From Deltaproteobacteria bacterium RIFCSPHIGHO2_01_FULL_43_49 (lineage in GTDB: Bacteria; UBA10199; SPLOWO2-01-44-7): a stretch of DNA of 64,000 nucleotides. The stretch's first letter is position 1. Each line of letters starts with the position of its first letter. A program made the translations under genes and the position numbers. Under the pieces are notes generated by a model. That model was given only the letters and a program-made list of their open reading frames with translations. It was not told where the DNA came from and did not search any database. The stretch is taken from NCBI GenBank assembly GCA_001798075.1, contig MGRG01000005.1, positions 193,148-257,147 of the forward strand, written 5' to 3'. Below are positions 19,200 through 27,846 of the stretch, in pieces.

Positions 19200-20426
19200 A
19201 TGGCGCCTATAGCGAATATATTGGGTATTGGTACTGCACAAGCCTCTTTAGCCCAAATGGAGGCCAGTCTTGTCATCTCTCAAGATGAGACAGGGGTTGA
19301 AAATCCACCAGCTAATGCAGACCAATTTGTAATAGCAGATGAGCCCCTTATTTCTCCAAAAATTCATTCTAACTCGTCTCCTGAATCACTTGCGGCTTTC
19401 GGGATGTTTGGTCTTTCACCTCTATCACTAGCGATTTGTGCGGGCGGTTTGTTAATGGCAAAATTAATGCGCCGACCCCTCTCGCAACTCCTTATCACTA
19501 CGCTTGGGACAACTTGGGCAGCAACGACTATGGTTGAAGGAAATTGGCCTCTTGCCATTGAGCTCTATCTTAGCGGGTGTGCAACGTTAAGAATGATCAA
19601 ACATTTCAATATACACCCCTCTACTCAAAAACCAATAGATGCCAGAAGTTTTCGGGACTATTTTGATGTTTCAAAATTACCTCGGCTTCGTGATAAGTAT
19701 GGTCGCGATGAATGTTATACAAAAGCAGTAGACGCACTCGAAAAAATTTTAATGGACAATCCTAAACTGCAGCAGTTTTTTGATTTCGATCCGCGCCACC
19801 AAAGTTTGTTGGATGAAATGGGTTGGGTAAGAATTGCAGACGACTATATAGGAAAAATTTCAACGGCAACAGGTTCAGCAAAAGGCATTTTTGTTCCCAT
19901 GGATGAAACGTTATATACGGGTGGTGTTGTTGAATTTGGTGTCCATGAATTAGCACACGTTCTTCATTTTACTGCTATTAGAAAGAAAGTGTCATTCAAT
20001 GATCTTCAGAGGGTTAAAGAATACTTTGATACTCATGATGTCCATCAACGCATTGCCCCTTTTTTAGATACGGTGAGACAACATTTAGTGAAGAGTGATT
20101 CGGGATCTCCAATTCCACATGAAGTAAGAAATGCAGCAGCAATATTAATCTTCCAAATTGGCAAAGGAGAATTTGGAGGTCACCATGAAAGTGTCCCCAC
20201 ATTTTTACAAACAAAACTCAGTTTTTTTGCAAGAAGCCTAAAATTCAGGCCTTGGATGTTTATAAATCAATTAATCGCCTGGTTCCTCATGCCGATGGCT
20301 TGGATTGGTGGAATTCATCGCGACACTCAGTTTTTGAATCCTCTCTTTGCTTATGACAATCCATTTATTCTTAGGCGCGTTCTTAAATTAGGTCCAATTG
20401 ATTCACTTCTGGGAAGCGAAGGTTAA
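19200..20426 (+). CDS. hypothetical protein with HEXXH zinc-metallopeptidase-like motif
   Basis: GVVEFGVHELAHVLHF. Hydrophobic segments near residues 60-90. Weak N-terminal resemblance to the 7298/14297/29459 family (GIGTAQASLAQ versus GLTSDQSFILAQ). Confidence 0.5.
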   Translation: MAPIANILGIGTAQASLAQMEASLVISQDETGVENPPANADQFVIADEPLISPKIHSNSSPESLAAFGMFGLSPLSLAICAGGLLMAKLMRRPLSQLLITTLGTTWAATTMVEGNWPLAIELYLSGCATLRMIKHFNIHPSTQKPIDARSFRDYFDVSKLPRLRDKYGRDECYTKAVDALEKILMDNPKLQQFFDFDPRHQSLLDEMGWVRIADDYIGKISTATGSAKGIFVPMDETLYTGGVVEFGVHELAHVLHFTAIRKKVSFNDLQRVKEYFDTHDVHQRIAPFLDTVRQHLVKSDSGSPIPHEVRNAAAILIFQIGKGEFGGHHESVPTFLQTKLSFFARSLKFRPWMFINQLIAWFLMPMAWIGGIHRDTQFLNPLFAYDNPFILRRVLKLGPIDSLLGSEG

Positions 20427-20792
20427 TCAGGAAAGCGATTCTTGTTGCCAACCATGACAAAGGGCATTGAGCCAGGCAAGTTTTCCCTGAGATGCTTTTG
20501 AAATAGGAGAGTTTGATTTTTGAAGAAGGCTTTGAAAAAAAGGCTCGACGATTTCTTCTCGTTCCTCTTTGGTGGTCGCCGCCATCAATTTGACAAAAAG
20601 GTCTCCAACCAATTTGCCATCCCCAATGTGAGGGGACAGAATTGCAGCACGAAAAGTAGCCAACCTTGTATTTAAATCTCCTTTTTCAAAAACTTTTTGC
20701 AAGAGATGGGTGGCTTCTTTAGGCCTGAAAGTGGCAACCTTTTGAAGACCATAAAGATAAGCATGCGTTTTTCCGTTCAATACATTTAACAT
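20427..20792 (-). CDS. hypothetical protein
   Basis: ORF only. Translationally coupled (7-nt overlap) to 20786..21268. Confidence 0.4.
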   Translation of the reverse strand: MLNVLNGKTHAYLYGLQKVATFRPKEATHLLQKVFEKGDLNTRLATFRAAILSPHIGDGKLVGDLFVKLMAATTKEEREEIVEPFFQSLLQKSNSPISKASQGKLAWLNALCHGWQQESLS

Positions 20793-21268
20793 AGGCTATC
20801 TAATGCCGGCAAAATAGCGCCAATATCTCCACAAGCAATTTGAACCAAACGAAACCAGGGCTCACTTAGTTTATTTGTTGAAGTGTTCAAAGCATCTTTA
20901 AGCATCTGTTGAACAACCAATGGTTGCAGCTCACTTAAAGTTACCAATCTTGGCAAATCGTTATCAAAGAAATATCGAATGACATTATCTGGAGCGGTAG
21001 AAAGTCTTTCAATTTTGGCAATCAGTTGGGTTGTCTCTTCTTTGACATGGCGCCTTGTCAATAATGTTTGCACCCATCGGATCGGCCTCCACGTCGGCTC
21101 CGCTAATTTTACCGATTGTTCTTCTTGTGGTGGGATATATTCATCTATTGCGATACCTGGATCGGTGACTTCATCGTTGTCATTGCGAGGCTGTAAGGCC
21201 GAAGCAATCTCCCGTGTGATCGTAGATTGCTTCGCTTCGCTCGCAATGACAAATTTAAACCAGCTCAT
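20786..21268 (-). CDS. hypothetical protein
   Basis: ORF only. 4-bp overlap with queF upstream. Confidence 0.4.
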   Translation of the reverse strand: MSWFKFVIASEAKQSTITREIASALQPRNDNDEVTDPGIAIDEYIPPQEEQSVKLAEPTWRPIRWVQTLLTRRHVKEETTQLIAKIERLSTAPDNVIRYFFDNDLPRLVTLSELQPLVVQQMLKDALNTSTNKLSEPWFRLVQIACGDIGAILPALDSLC

Positions 21269-21639
21269 CGTTCAATATCCCTCGATTTTTCTCCATGCGT
21301 TGCGGTAACCGTTGTTGTAATTCCGCCTCTCACACTAAAAACTGCTTGAATTTCCATCCAGCTCGGCTCCACCACATAAACCAGATCATTTAAAATTTGG
21401 TTCGCCACTTTTTCGTGAAAAGCCCCTTCATTGCGAAAAGACCAGAGGTAATTTTTGAGTGCTTTGAGTTCAAAACACATTTTGGCCGGCACATATCGAA
21501 TATGGATAGTTGCAAAATCGGGCTGTCCCGTTCTGGGACAAAGACAGGTAAATTCCGGGCATTCACAGTGAACGACGTAATTTCTTTCCGGATAAGGGTT
21601 TGGAAAAACCTCTATATTTTTTGATGGTTCGCTTGACAC
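21265..21639 (-). CDS. queF: NADPH-dependent 7-cyano-7-deazaguanine reductase (YkvM type)
   Basis: [29 protein letters not shown] ... the FRN.G motif. The ORF-track start at 21675 is a TTG. The GTG at 21639 is preceded by AAGAGGGGAG and is more plausible. Confidence 0.88.
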   Translation of the reverse strand: MSSEPSKNIEVFPNPYPERNYVVHCECPEFTCLCPRTGQPDFATIHIRYVPAKMCFELKALKNYLWSFRNEGAFHEKVANQILNDLVYVVEPSWMEIQAVFSVRGGITTTVTATHGEKSRDIER

Positions 21640-21700
21640 TGCTCCCCTCTTATCAAATTGATTTGGGCACCGCAACCGATTTTAAATCGCCGATTAGGAG

Positions 21701-21736
21701 TTGTTCTTCCCAGTGGCGAACCACTGGGAAGAACAA
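21701..21736. other. perfect 16-bp stem-loop with 4-nt loop (UUCG on the queF-sense strand)
   Basis: ttgttcttcccagtgg cgaa ccactgggaagaacaa. Sits in the divergent region between queF and the exonuclease gene. Confidence 0.7.
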
Positions 21737-21808
21737 TGCACCATACTATCGCGGCGTTTGCCAACAGCCACCGGCTGTTGTTTTCCGCCTTGATTTCCCT
21801 CGTTTTGG

Positions 21809-22417
21809 TTGATAAGCAGCTCTTCTATGTCTGGCCAAAACATTATTGTTTTAGACCTAGAAACCAAAAGGACCTTTGAAGATGTTGGTGGAAGGGAAAA
21901 CTTGGGCGAATTGGGGGTTTCTTTGGTGGGGGTTTATTCTTATCTTCATGGCGACTATCAAGCTTTTTGGGAAGATGATTTTCCAAAACTCTTGAGTCTG
22001 CTCGTTAGCAAACCGTTGGTAGTTGGCTTCAATCAGAAACGTTTTGATCTGCCTGTTTTGCAGCCTTATTTTAAAAATTTTGATCTCAAAAGTTTACCAA
22101 TACTCGATATTTTGGATGAGTTGACCAAAACTTTGGGCCACCGAGTCAGTTTGGATAGTGTGGCGCAGGCAACACTGGGGACTAGAAAAAGTGGCCATGG
22201 TTTGGATGCGATTCGCTACTGGAACCGAAAGGAACTCGATAAATTAAAAAAATATTGTTTGGATGATGTACGCATTACAAAAGAGGTTTATGAATATGGG
22301 GCCAAGCATGGTGAACTTATATTTATGGATAAATTCAGCACCTCAAAATTAAAAGCGCCGGTTTCTTGGAAGTTGCAAACTAACGAAAAGGAAGATAAAC
22401 AGTATTCTCTTTTTTAA
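21809..22417 (+). CDS. DEDDy-type 3'-5' exonuclease domain protein
   Basis: IIVLDLETK (Exo I), FNQKRFDLPVL (Exo II-like), and the Y-x3-D motif YCLDD near the C-terminus. Confidence 0.55.
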   Translation: MISSSSMSGQNIIVLDLETKRTFEDVGGRENLGELGVSLVGVYSYLHGDYQAFWEDDFPKLLSLLVSKPLVVGFNQKRFDLPVLQPYFKNFDLKSLPILDILDELTKTLGHRVSLDSVAQATLGTRKSGHGLDAIRYWNRKELDKLKKYCLDDVRITKEVYEYGAKHGELIFMDKFSTSKLKAPVSWKLQTNEKEDKQYSLF

Positions 22418-22420
22418 ATT

Positions 22421-23332
22421 ATGACGGATGATTTTATCATTATTGGTGGTGGGCCCGCTGGATGTTCGGCTGCCCTTTTTGCGGCTCGTGTGAAAAGAAA
22501 AGTGGTCATGATCCACAAAGGAACAACCCCTCTTATTCATTCTTTCAATTGGTTGCTCCCTGGTTTTCCGAATGGATTGGGTCCCGCCGAGTGGCTTAAA
22601 AACATGCGTTCCCAAATTGAAACTTCCGGATTTACCTTTGTGGAAGAAGAGGTTACCCAAGCAGCGCTTGGGGCCAGTGTGAAACAAATTATCACCAGCT
22701 CTGGAAAGGTTTGGGAAGGCCCCGCCATCATTTTGGCAACCGGTTGTTATGACCGAACCGGCTTTATAGAAGGAGAGGCAAAATTTGTCGGTCACGGCGT
22801 TTTTTACAACGCCTATCAAGATGCCTCTTTGTGTGATGGTCAGAGTGTGGTTGTGGAAGGAAAGAATGATCAGGCAATTAGAGAAGCCCTTTATCTTTCT
22901 CGTTTTGCCAGCAAAATCTATTTTATTGTTCCTGCCATGAAATTAGAAGCGGATGAAAAATTGATTGGCGCTCTTCGGGCCAATCCCAATGTTAATCTTC
23001 TCTTGAGTGCCAGCATTAAAAAAATCGAAGGGGAAAATCAACTGGAAGGGGTAACTGTGTTGAGCGCTGGTGAAGAAAAAAAGATTGAGGCAAAAGCGGT
23101 CTTCCTTTTTGCCCGCCAGAGCAAACCAAAATATGATTTTCTCAAGGGAACTATTGAAATTTCTGAAGAAGGTTGTGTTTTGGTGGATGATCAAATGATG
23201 ACTTCAATTCCTGGTGTTTTTGCCTGTGGGGATATGCTCTCCGGTGCGCCACAACTCCAGTTTGTATCCGCCGCGCAAGGTTTAGTTGCCGCCATGAATG
23301 CCGATCGATATCTTTCCAATCCTAATCTGTGA
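22421..23332 (+). CDS. NAD(P)/FAD-dependent oxidoreductase (thioredoxin-reductase-like fold)
   Basis: N-terminal FAD motif IIGGGPAGCSAA. Second dinucleotide-binding region. GVFACGDM near the C-terminus. Confidence 0.75.
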   Translation: MTDDFIIIGGGPAGCSAALFAARVKRKVVMIHKGTTPLIHSFNWLLPGFPNGLGPAEWLKNMRSQIETSGFTFVEEEVTQAALGASVKQIITSSGKVWEGPAIILATGCYDRTGFIEGEAKFVGHGVFYNAYQDASLCDGQSVVVEGKNDQAIREALYLSRFASKIYFIVPAMKLEADEKLIGALRANPNVNLLLSASIKKIEGENQLEGVTVLSAGEEKKIEAKAVFLFARQSKPKYDFLKGTIEISEEGCVLVDDQMMTSIPGVFACGDMLSGAPQLQFVSAAQGLVAAMNADRYLSNPNL

Positions 23333-23946
23333 CCCCACGGGCCCTCATTTTTGATTTTGACGGCGTGTTGGTTGATTTAGAACCCTTGCACATGAAAGCC
23401 TGGCAAGAAGTTTTAAAACCGATTGATCTTACTTTTTCGGACAAAGACTATGAAGAGCGTTATTTGGGACTCAATGACAGAGATTTTTTAGCCCTCCGTT
23501 TTAAAGAGGCGGGCAAAAAACTTAGTCAGACCCTTTGCAATGAATTGATCCAAAAAAAAGAACACAAAACAACAAAGTTTTTTTCAAAAGAGATACCACT
23601 CATTGATGGGGTTCAAGATTTTTTGAAAAAAGTTTCTCAAAAATATCCGTTAGCTATTGTTACGGGTGGGCTTTCTAATGAAGTCTATTTTGTTTTGGAT
23701 CATTTAAAATGGAGACCTTTGTTTAAAATTATTATTACTTCTGGCGATGTTCAAAAGGGCAAACCCGACCCCGAAGGATTTTTGAAGGCGTACGAAAAAT
23801 TAAAAAATCTTTGTGAGTGGAACCCCCCTTTGCAAAAATCAGAATGCCTTATTTTTGAAGACTCTCAGTATGGCATGGAAGCTGCCAAGAGAGCGGGCAT
23901 CCCATTTGTGCAAGTTCGCGGGAGTCTTAGAGGTTTTGATTATTGA
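23329..23946 (+). CDS. HAD-IA family hydrolase (beta-phosphoglucomutase-like phosphatase)
   Basis: LIFDFDGVLVD motif I. K..DP motif. EDS.YG motif IV. Confidence 0.85.
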   Translation: MTPRALIFDFDGVLVDLEPLHMKAWQEVLKPIDLTFSDKDYEERYLGLNDRDFLALRFKEAGKKLSQTLCNELIQKKEHKTTKFFSKEIPLIDGVQDFLKKVSQKYPLAIVTGGLSNEVYFVLDHLKWRPLFKIIITSGDVQKGKPDPEGFLKAYEKLKNLCEWNPPLQKSECLIFEDSQYGMEAAKRAGIPFVQVRGSLRGFDY

Positions 23947-25790
23947 ATGACTTTTAAAAGTTCCAGGACCGCCTCATATTTTCCAAACGGCGGGAAGATA
24001 TAAACTCCTTTGACCCCAGTCATGTCATGGGCTTCTTTGAGGGCTTCTTGGGCGACTTTAAGACCGATTTCCCGCTGGGCCTCTTTTGTAGCGGCCTTTT
24101 TCAATTGATCCATAACGGAGTTGGGGACTTGCATCCCTGGCACTTCATTATGCAAAAACTCTGCGTTTTTGAGGCTGGCTAGAGGCAAGATGCCAACAAA
24201 AAATGGAATTTTTAAAAAAGAACGAGACTTGGCTAAAAATTTATCGAGGAGTTTCGATTCATAAACCGGTTGTGAAAAAATAAACTCGGCTCCCGCTTCG
24301 ATTTTTTTGCGTAGTCTTTCCACTTCTATATCCATATCAATCGCTCCAGGGTTGCAACCACATCCAATAACAAGCGAAGTAGCTTCACCGATCGGGCGAT
24401 TCGCAAAATCCAAACCATGATTCAAATTGTTGATGAAATGGATGAGTCCAATGGCATCGACATCAAAGACAGCCGTCGCATCGGGATATTCCCCCATTTT
24501 TGGAGGGTCTCCCGTAATGACCAAAATATTTTTAAGGCCAACCGCATTGGCACCAATCAGATCCATTTGCATCCCGAGCAAGTTACGATCGCGGCAGCAA
24601 TAATGAATCACGGTTTCCATCCCTAGCTGTTGTTTGATGAGAACCGACATTGCTATGGGGCTCATGCGGGCCATGGCCCTGGGACCATCTGCGATGTTGA
24701 TCACATCAACCCCATGCTCTTTTAAGAATTTAGCCCCTTCGATTGCCCTGCTGGCATCCAGACCTTTGGGAGGATCAATCTCTACGCTCACGGCAAACTT
24801 TTTTCCAAGAATGGCACCAAAAGCACTTCTTTTTTCAACCGGCATCGGAGTTATTTTTTTAATTTCTTCCGTGGGGGTTAAAGTGATAATGGATTCAATT
24901 CGTTTGGTCGGTCTTAGCGTTTTTAAGTAGCGCTTCATCTCTTTGATCATCTCGGGAGTTGTTCCGCAGCAGCCACCAACCAGATGGGCACCCGCTTGAA
25001 CAAGCCGCCTTGCGAACTCCGCCATGTATTCTGGTGTGGCCAAATAAAGAAGCCGATTTTGTTTGACCTGAGGAAGCCCCGCGTTTGGAAAAGCCGATAA
25101 TGGTTTTGTGGCAACCGGAGTCATCAGCTTAATCGCCTCCAAAACACCGACTGGGCCGGTACAACAATTCACACCGACGACATCAGCCCCCCATCCACAC
25201 ATCAAGCGACATGCCTCGGCCGGTTGAATGCCTTTGAAACCTTCTTCTCCTTCATATTTCAGCGTGACTTGTGTGACGATAGGAAGATTTTTTTTAACCG
25301 ATCTCGCCGCTTCATAGGCTAATTTTAATTCATCAAGATTCAGGAAAGTTTCCAAGATAATCAAATCCACCCCTCCTTCGACTAGACCTTGAATCTGTTC
25401 TGCAAAAATAGCTTTGATGTCATTATCTCCCAAAACACTAGCCTGTTTGAATGTCCAAGAAACGGGCCCCACCGCACCCGCAATATAGGCCTGTCCCTTA
25501 GCGGCATCTTTGGCGATTTTTGCACCGGCTCGGTTGATCTCTTTAACTTTATTTTCAAATCCAAAAGCGGCCAATGCCGGGCGGTTGGCGGTAAAGGTGT
25601 TGGTTTCCAAAACCTGGGCACCGGCATTGAGATAATCGAGATGAATATCGCGGATTAAAGTCGGGCTAGATAAATTAAGTTCATCATAGTTGCGGTTCAA
25701 AAAGATGCCCCGGCCATAGATCTCGGTCCCCATTGCCCCGTCGCCCAAGACACCTTCTTCCGACAGCTTTTCCAGAAACGGCTTGTCCAT
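23940..25790 (-). CDS. bifunctional homocysteine S-methyltransferase / 5,10-methylenetetrahydrofolate reductase
   Basis: The N-terminal roughly 290 aa is an S-methyltransferase (Hcy-binding) domain (GAMGTEI ... NTFTANR ... GGCCGT). The C-terminal roughly 290 aa is MTHFR-like. Confidence 0.85.
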   Translation of the reverse strand: MDKPFLEKLSEEGVLGDGAMGTEIYGRGIFLNRNYDELNLSSPTLIRDIHLDYLNAGAQVLETNTFTANRPALAAFGFENKVKEINRAGAKIAKDAAKGQAYIAGAVGPVSWTFKQASVLGDNDIKAIFAEQIQGLVEGGVDLIILETFLNLDELKLAYEAARSVKKNLPIVTQVTLKYEGEEGFKGIQPAEACRLMCGWGADVVGVNCCTGPVGVLEAIKLMTPVATKPLSAFPNAGLPQVKQNRLLYLATPEYMAEFARRLVQAGAHLVGGCCGTTPEMIKEMKRYLKTLRPTKRIESIITLTPTEEIKKITPMPVEKRSAFGAILGKKFAVSVEIDPPKGLDASRAIEGAKFLKEHGVDVINIADGPRAMARMSPIAMSVLIKQQLGMETVIHYCCRDRNLLGMQMDLIGANAVGLKNILVITGDPPKMGEYPDATAVFDVDAIGLIHFINNLNHGLDFANRPIGEATSLVIGCGCNPGAIDMDIEVERLRKKIEAGAEFIFSQPVYESKLLDKFLAKSRSFLKIPFFVGILPLASLKNAEFLHNEVPGMQVPNSVMDQLKKAATKEAQREIGLKVAQEALKEAHDMTGVKGVYIFPPFGKYEAVLELLKVIQ

Positions 25791-25810
25791 ATTTAATAAT
25801 CTGATGAAAA

Positions 25811-25895
25811 AGTAGCGGGTGCCCCGGAGTGTTTGTTGTGGGGTTTAGTTAGGGGCCCCCGCAAAAACACGAAGGGGCAGGCCCTGCCACTTTTT
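25811..25895. repeat. copy 3 of the 85-bp palindromic repeat family (orientation A)
   Basis: agcgggtgccccggagtgtttgttgtggggtttagttaggggcccccgcaaaaacacgaaggggcaggccctgccac. Confidence 0.85.
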
Positions 25896-25951
25896 TATCG
25901 ACTCCTCAAAGAGGGTTAGTGGAAAGAAAACCTCAAGGCAAGGGGTTTTAT

Positions 25952-26593
25952 TTATACCCCTCTCACTCCAAAAAAATAATCTTTGCCTTGAGCTGCGGCG
26001 GCCAAATAGGGATTGGTTTTTTTCTGATGGCCCAGGGTATCCGTTGGTTTGGGGCCATAGTCATGGCCAGGATAGACAATAATATCATCTGGCATTTGGG
26101 TTAGCCTTTTTAGTGTCTCAAACATTTTTTCTGGGCTGGAACCTGGAAGATCGACCCTTCCACAGCCATCCACAAATAAAACATCCCCTGTGATCAGATG
26201 ATTTTCAACGAGATAACAAATCATTCCTGGTGTATGGCCTGGCATATGAAGGCACTTTACAGAAAGATTCCCGACTTTGATGATTTCATCGGTCGCAACA
26301 GCCTTGACTGACACTCCCATTTCTTCAATCGCACTGATCTCAAATCCATGAACATAGACTGGAACCTTTAGTTTTTGATAAGCTGTCTCCAATTCTTGAA
26401 TGTGATCAAAATGGGTGTGGGTGAGTAGAATTTTTTCAATCTGCCAGGCTTCTTTTGTTGCAACGGCCATGACTTTTTCAGACTCAAATCCAGGATCGAC
26501 ATACGCCGCCTTTTTGGTGCCGGTGTCCACAATCAGATACGAAAAGTTCGCCATCGGACCCACTGCGATTTGTTTGATCAATACCGGTTGCAT
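25952..26593 (-). CDS. MBL-fold metallo-hydrolase (hydroxyacylglutathione-hydrolase-like)
   Basis: THTHFDH motif. Downstream Asp/His ligands (GHTPG, GDVLF). Confidence 0.85.
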   Translation of the reverse strand: MQPVLIKQIAVGPMANFSYLIVDTGTKKAAYVDPGFESEKVMAVATKEAWQIEKILLTHTHFDHIQELETAYQKLKVPVYVHGFEISAIEEMGVSVKAVATDEIIKVGNLSVKCLHMPGHTPGMICYLVENHLITGDVLFVDGCGRVDLPGSSPEKMFETLKRLTQMPDDIIVYPGHDYGPKPTDTLGHQKKTNPYLAAAAQGKDYFFGVRGV

Positions 26594-26665
26594 TTGATAA
26601 TCCGTTTATGCTAGGAAGCGCCCACTTGTAAAGTACCGTGTGGTACCAGGTACCTGGTGGTAACA

Positions 26666-27139
26666 ATGATCAAAGCTCCAATGACCCCTGAGGGGCATAA
26701 AAAGTTGCAAGAAAAGCTGAAACATTTGAAGGCCGTCGAACGCCCAAAAGTCATACATGCCATTGAAATAGCCAGGGGCCATGGCGACCTTTCTGAAAAT
26801 GCAGAATACGATGCCGCCAAAGAAGCCCAAGCTCACTTGAGCCGAGAAATCGCAGAGACTGAAGATAGGCTTTCAAGAGCCGAAGTGATTGATCCCTCCA
26901 AGCTCAATCATGAGAAAATATCGTTTGGAGCCACTGTGACTATAGAAGAGACAGAAAGTGGCACAAAGGTGACCTATCAGATTGTTGGCGCCCATGAATC
27001 GGATGTTAAATTGGGTAAAATCTCTATCGAATCACCCATCGCGAAGGCCTTAATTGGCAAACAAGCGGGTGATGCCACGCAGGTCCACACCCCAAAAGGG
27101 GTCAGAGAATACGAAGTTCTTATCATAGAATACAAATAA
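26666..27139 (+). CDS. greA: transcription elongation factor GreA
   Basis: MIKAPMTPEGHKKLQEKLKHLKAVERPKVI. C-terminal FKBP-like domain. The ORF-track start is a GTG at 26657, but the ATG at 26666 matches the canonical GreA N-terminus. Confidence 0.95.
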   Translation: MIKAPMTPEGHKKLQEKLKHLKAVERPKVIHAIEIARGHGDLSENAEYDAAKEAQAHLSREIAETEDRLSRAEVIDPSKLNHEKISFGATVTIEETESGTKVTYQIVGAHESDVKLGKISIESPIAKALIGKQAGDATQVHTPKGVREYEVLIIEYK

Positions 27140-27141
27140 TC

Positions 27142-27162
27142 TTTGACAGCAAGATTGTCAAA
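27142..27162. other. 7-bp stem hairpin directly downstream of greA, weak or non-canonical terminator candidate
   Basis: tttgaca gcaagat tgtcaaa, followed by an A-run rather than a T-run on the + strand. Confidence 0.3.
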
Positions 27163-27304
27163 AAAATGACGTTTACCCACCAAAAGAGGTATTTCCTTAC
27201 CCGCCTGTAGCTAAGCGCCGGATAACGCCCATCAACAAGTCCTAGAAATCACTCTAAATTTTCGAAATCCCGAGAAAATTCCAATTGGCATACCGCTTGC
27301 TCCT

Positions 27305-27805
27305 TTGAGGGGGGAGGTTTCCAAAATGGGGTTTTTAAAGGCTTTTACAATTATTACTTTATGGATTCTCCTCTCCTTTTTTTGGGTCAGTATGGGTCAG
27401 TCTAAAGAGATGGAATGTAAAAATTATGGAGAAGTGGAGAGCTGGCTTGGACCCCATGTGGTGTTGCGTGATTGGTACCAATTCTATGTTGCAAGACATG
27501 CCTGCCTGCCACAACAGGAAGCAGAATTTTTCAAGGCCCTCGCAAGTAGCGAGACTTTATCAACTAAACTCAATCAAGCCAAAGTAACCTTCGACCAGTT
27601 TTACATCCCGATTGCAAATTTGATTGATATCGATTGGAAAAAAGTCAAAGAAGTCAAAGCTCAAAATATTCAGAGTGATCTGACATTGATTGATATCAGC
27701 CTCAAAAAAACACTCTCTAAAATGTCAACATTGGATCAAGATTATTTCCGCGCCGTTGTTCTTTTGGACTTACCCAGCGAGTTTGCTTTCATCTATCCTG
27801 AATAG
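27305..27805 (+). CDS. hypothetical exported protein
   Basis: Internal start MGFLKAFTIITLWILLSFFWVSMG looks like a signal or anchor sequence. No domain recognised. Confidence 0.45.
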   Translation: MRGEVSKMGFLKAFTIITLWILLSFFWVSMGQSKEMECKNYGEVESWLGPHVVLRDWYQFYVARHACLPQQEAEFFKALASSETLSTKLNQAKVTFDQFYIPIANLIDIDWKKVKEVKAQNIQSDLTLIDISLKKTLSKMSTLDQDYFRAVVLLDLPSEFAFIYPE

Positions 27806-27846
27806 ACTTGTCTTAAAATCTAAACAATCCTATATAGCCTCCTCCT

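Noticed and set aside
27142-27162. Rho-independent terminator after greA
   Set aside because: The hairpin exists but is followed by an A-tract on the plus strand and preceded, not followed, by a T-tract on the minus strand. Only a weak or non-canonical terminator, kept at low confidence.
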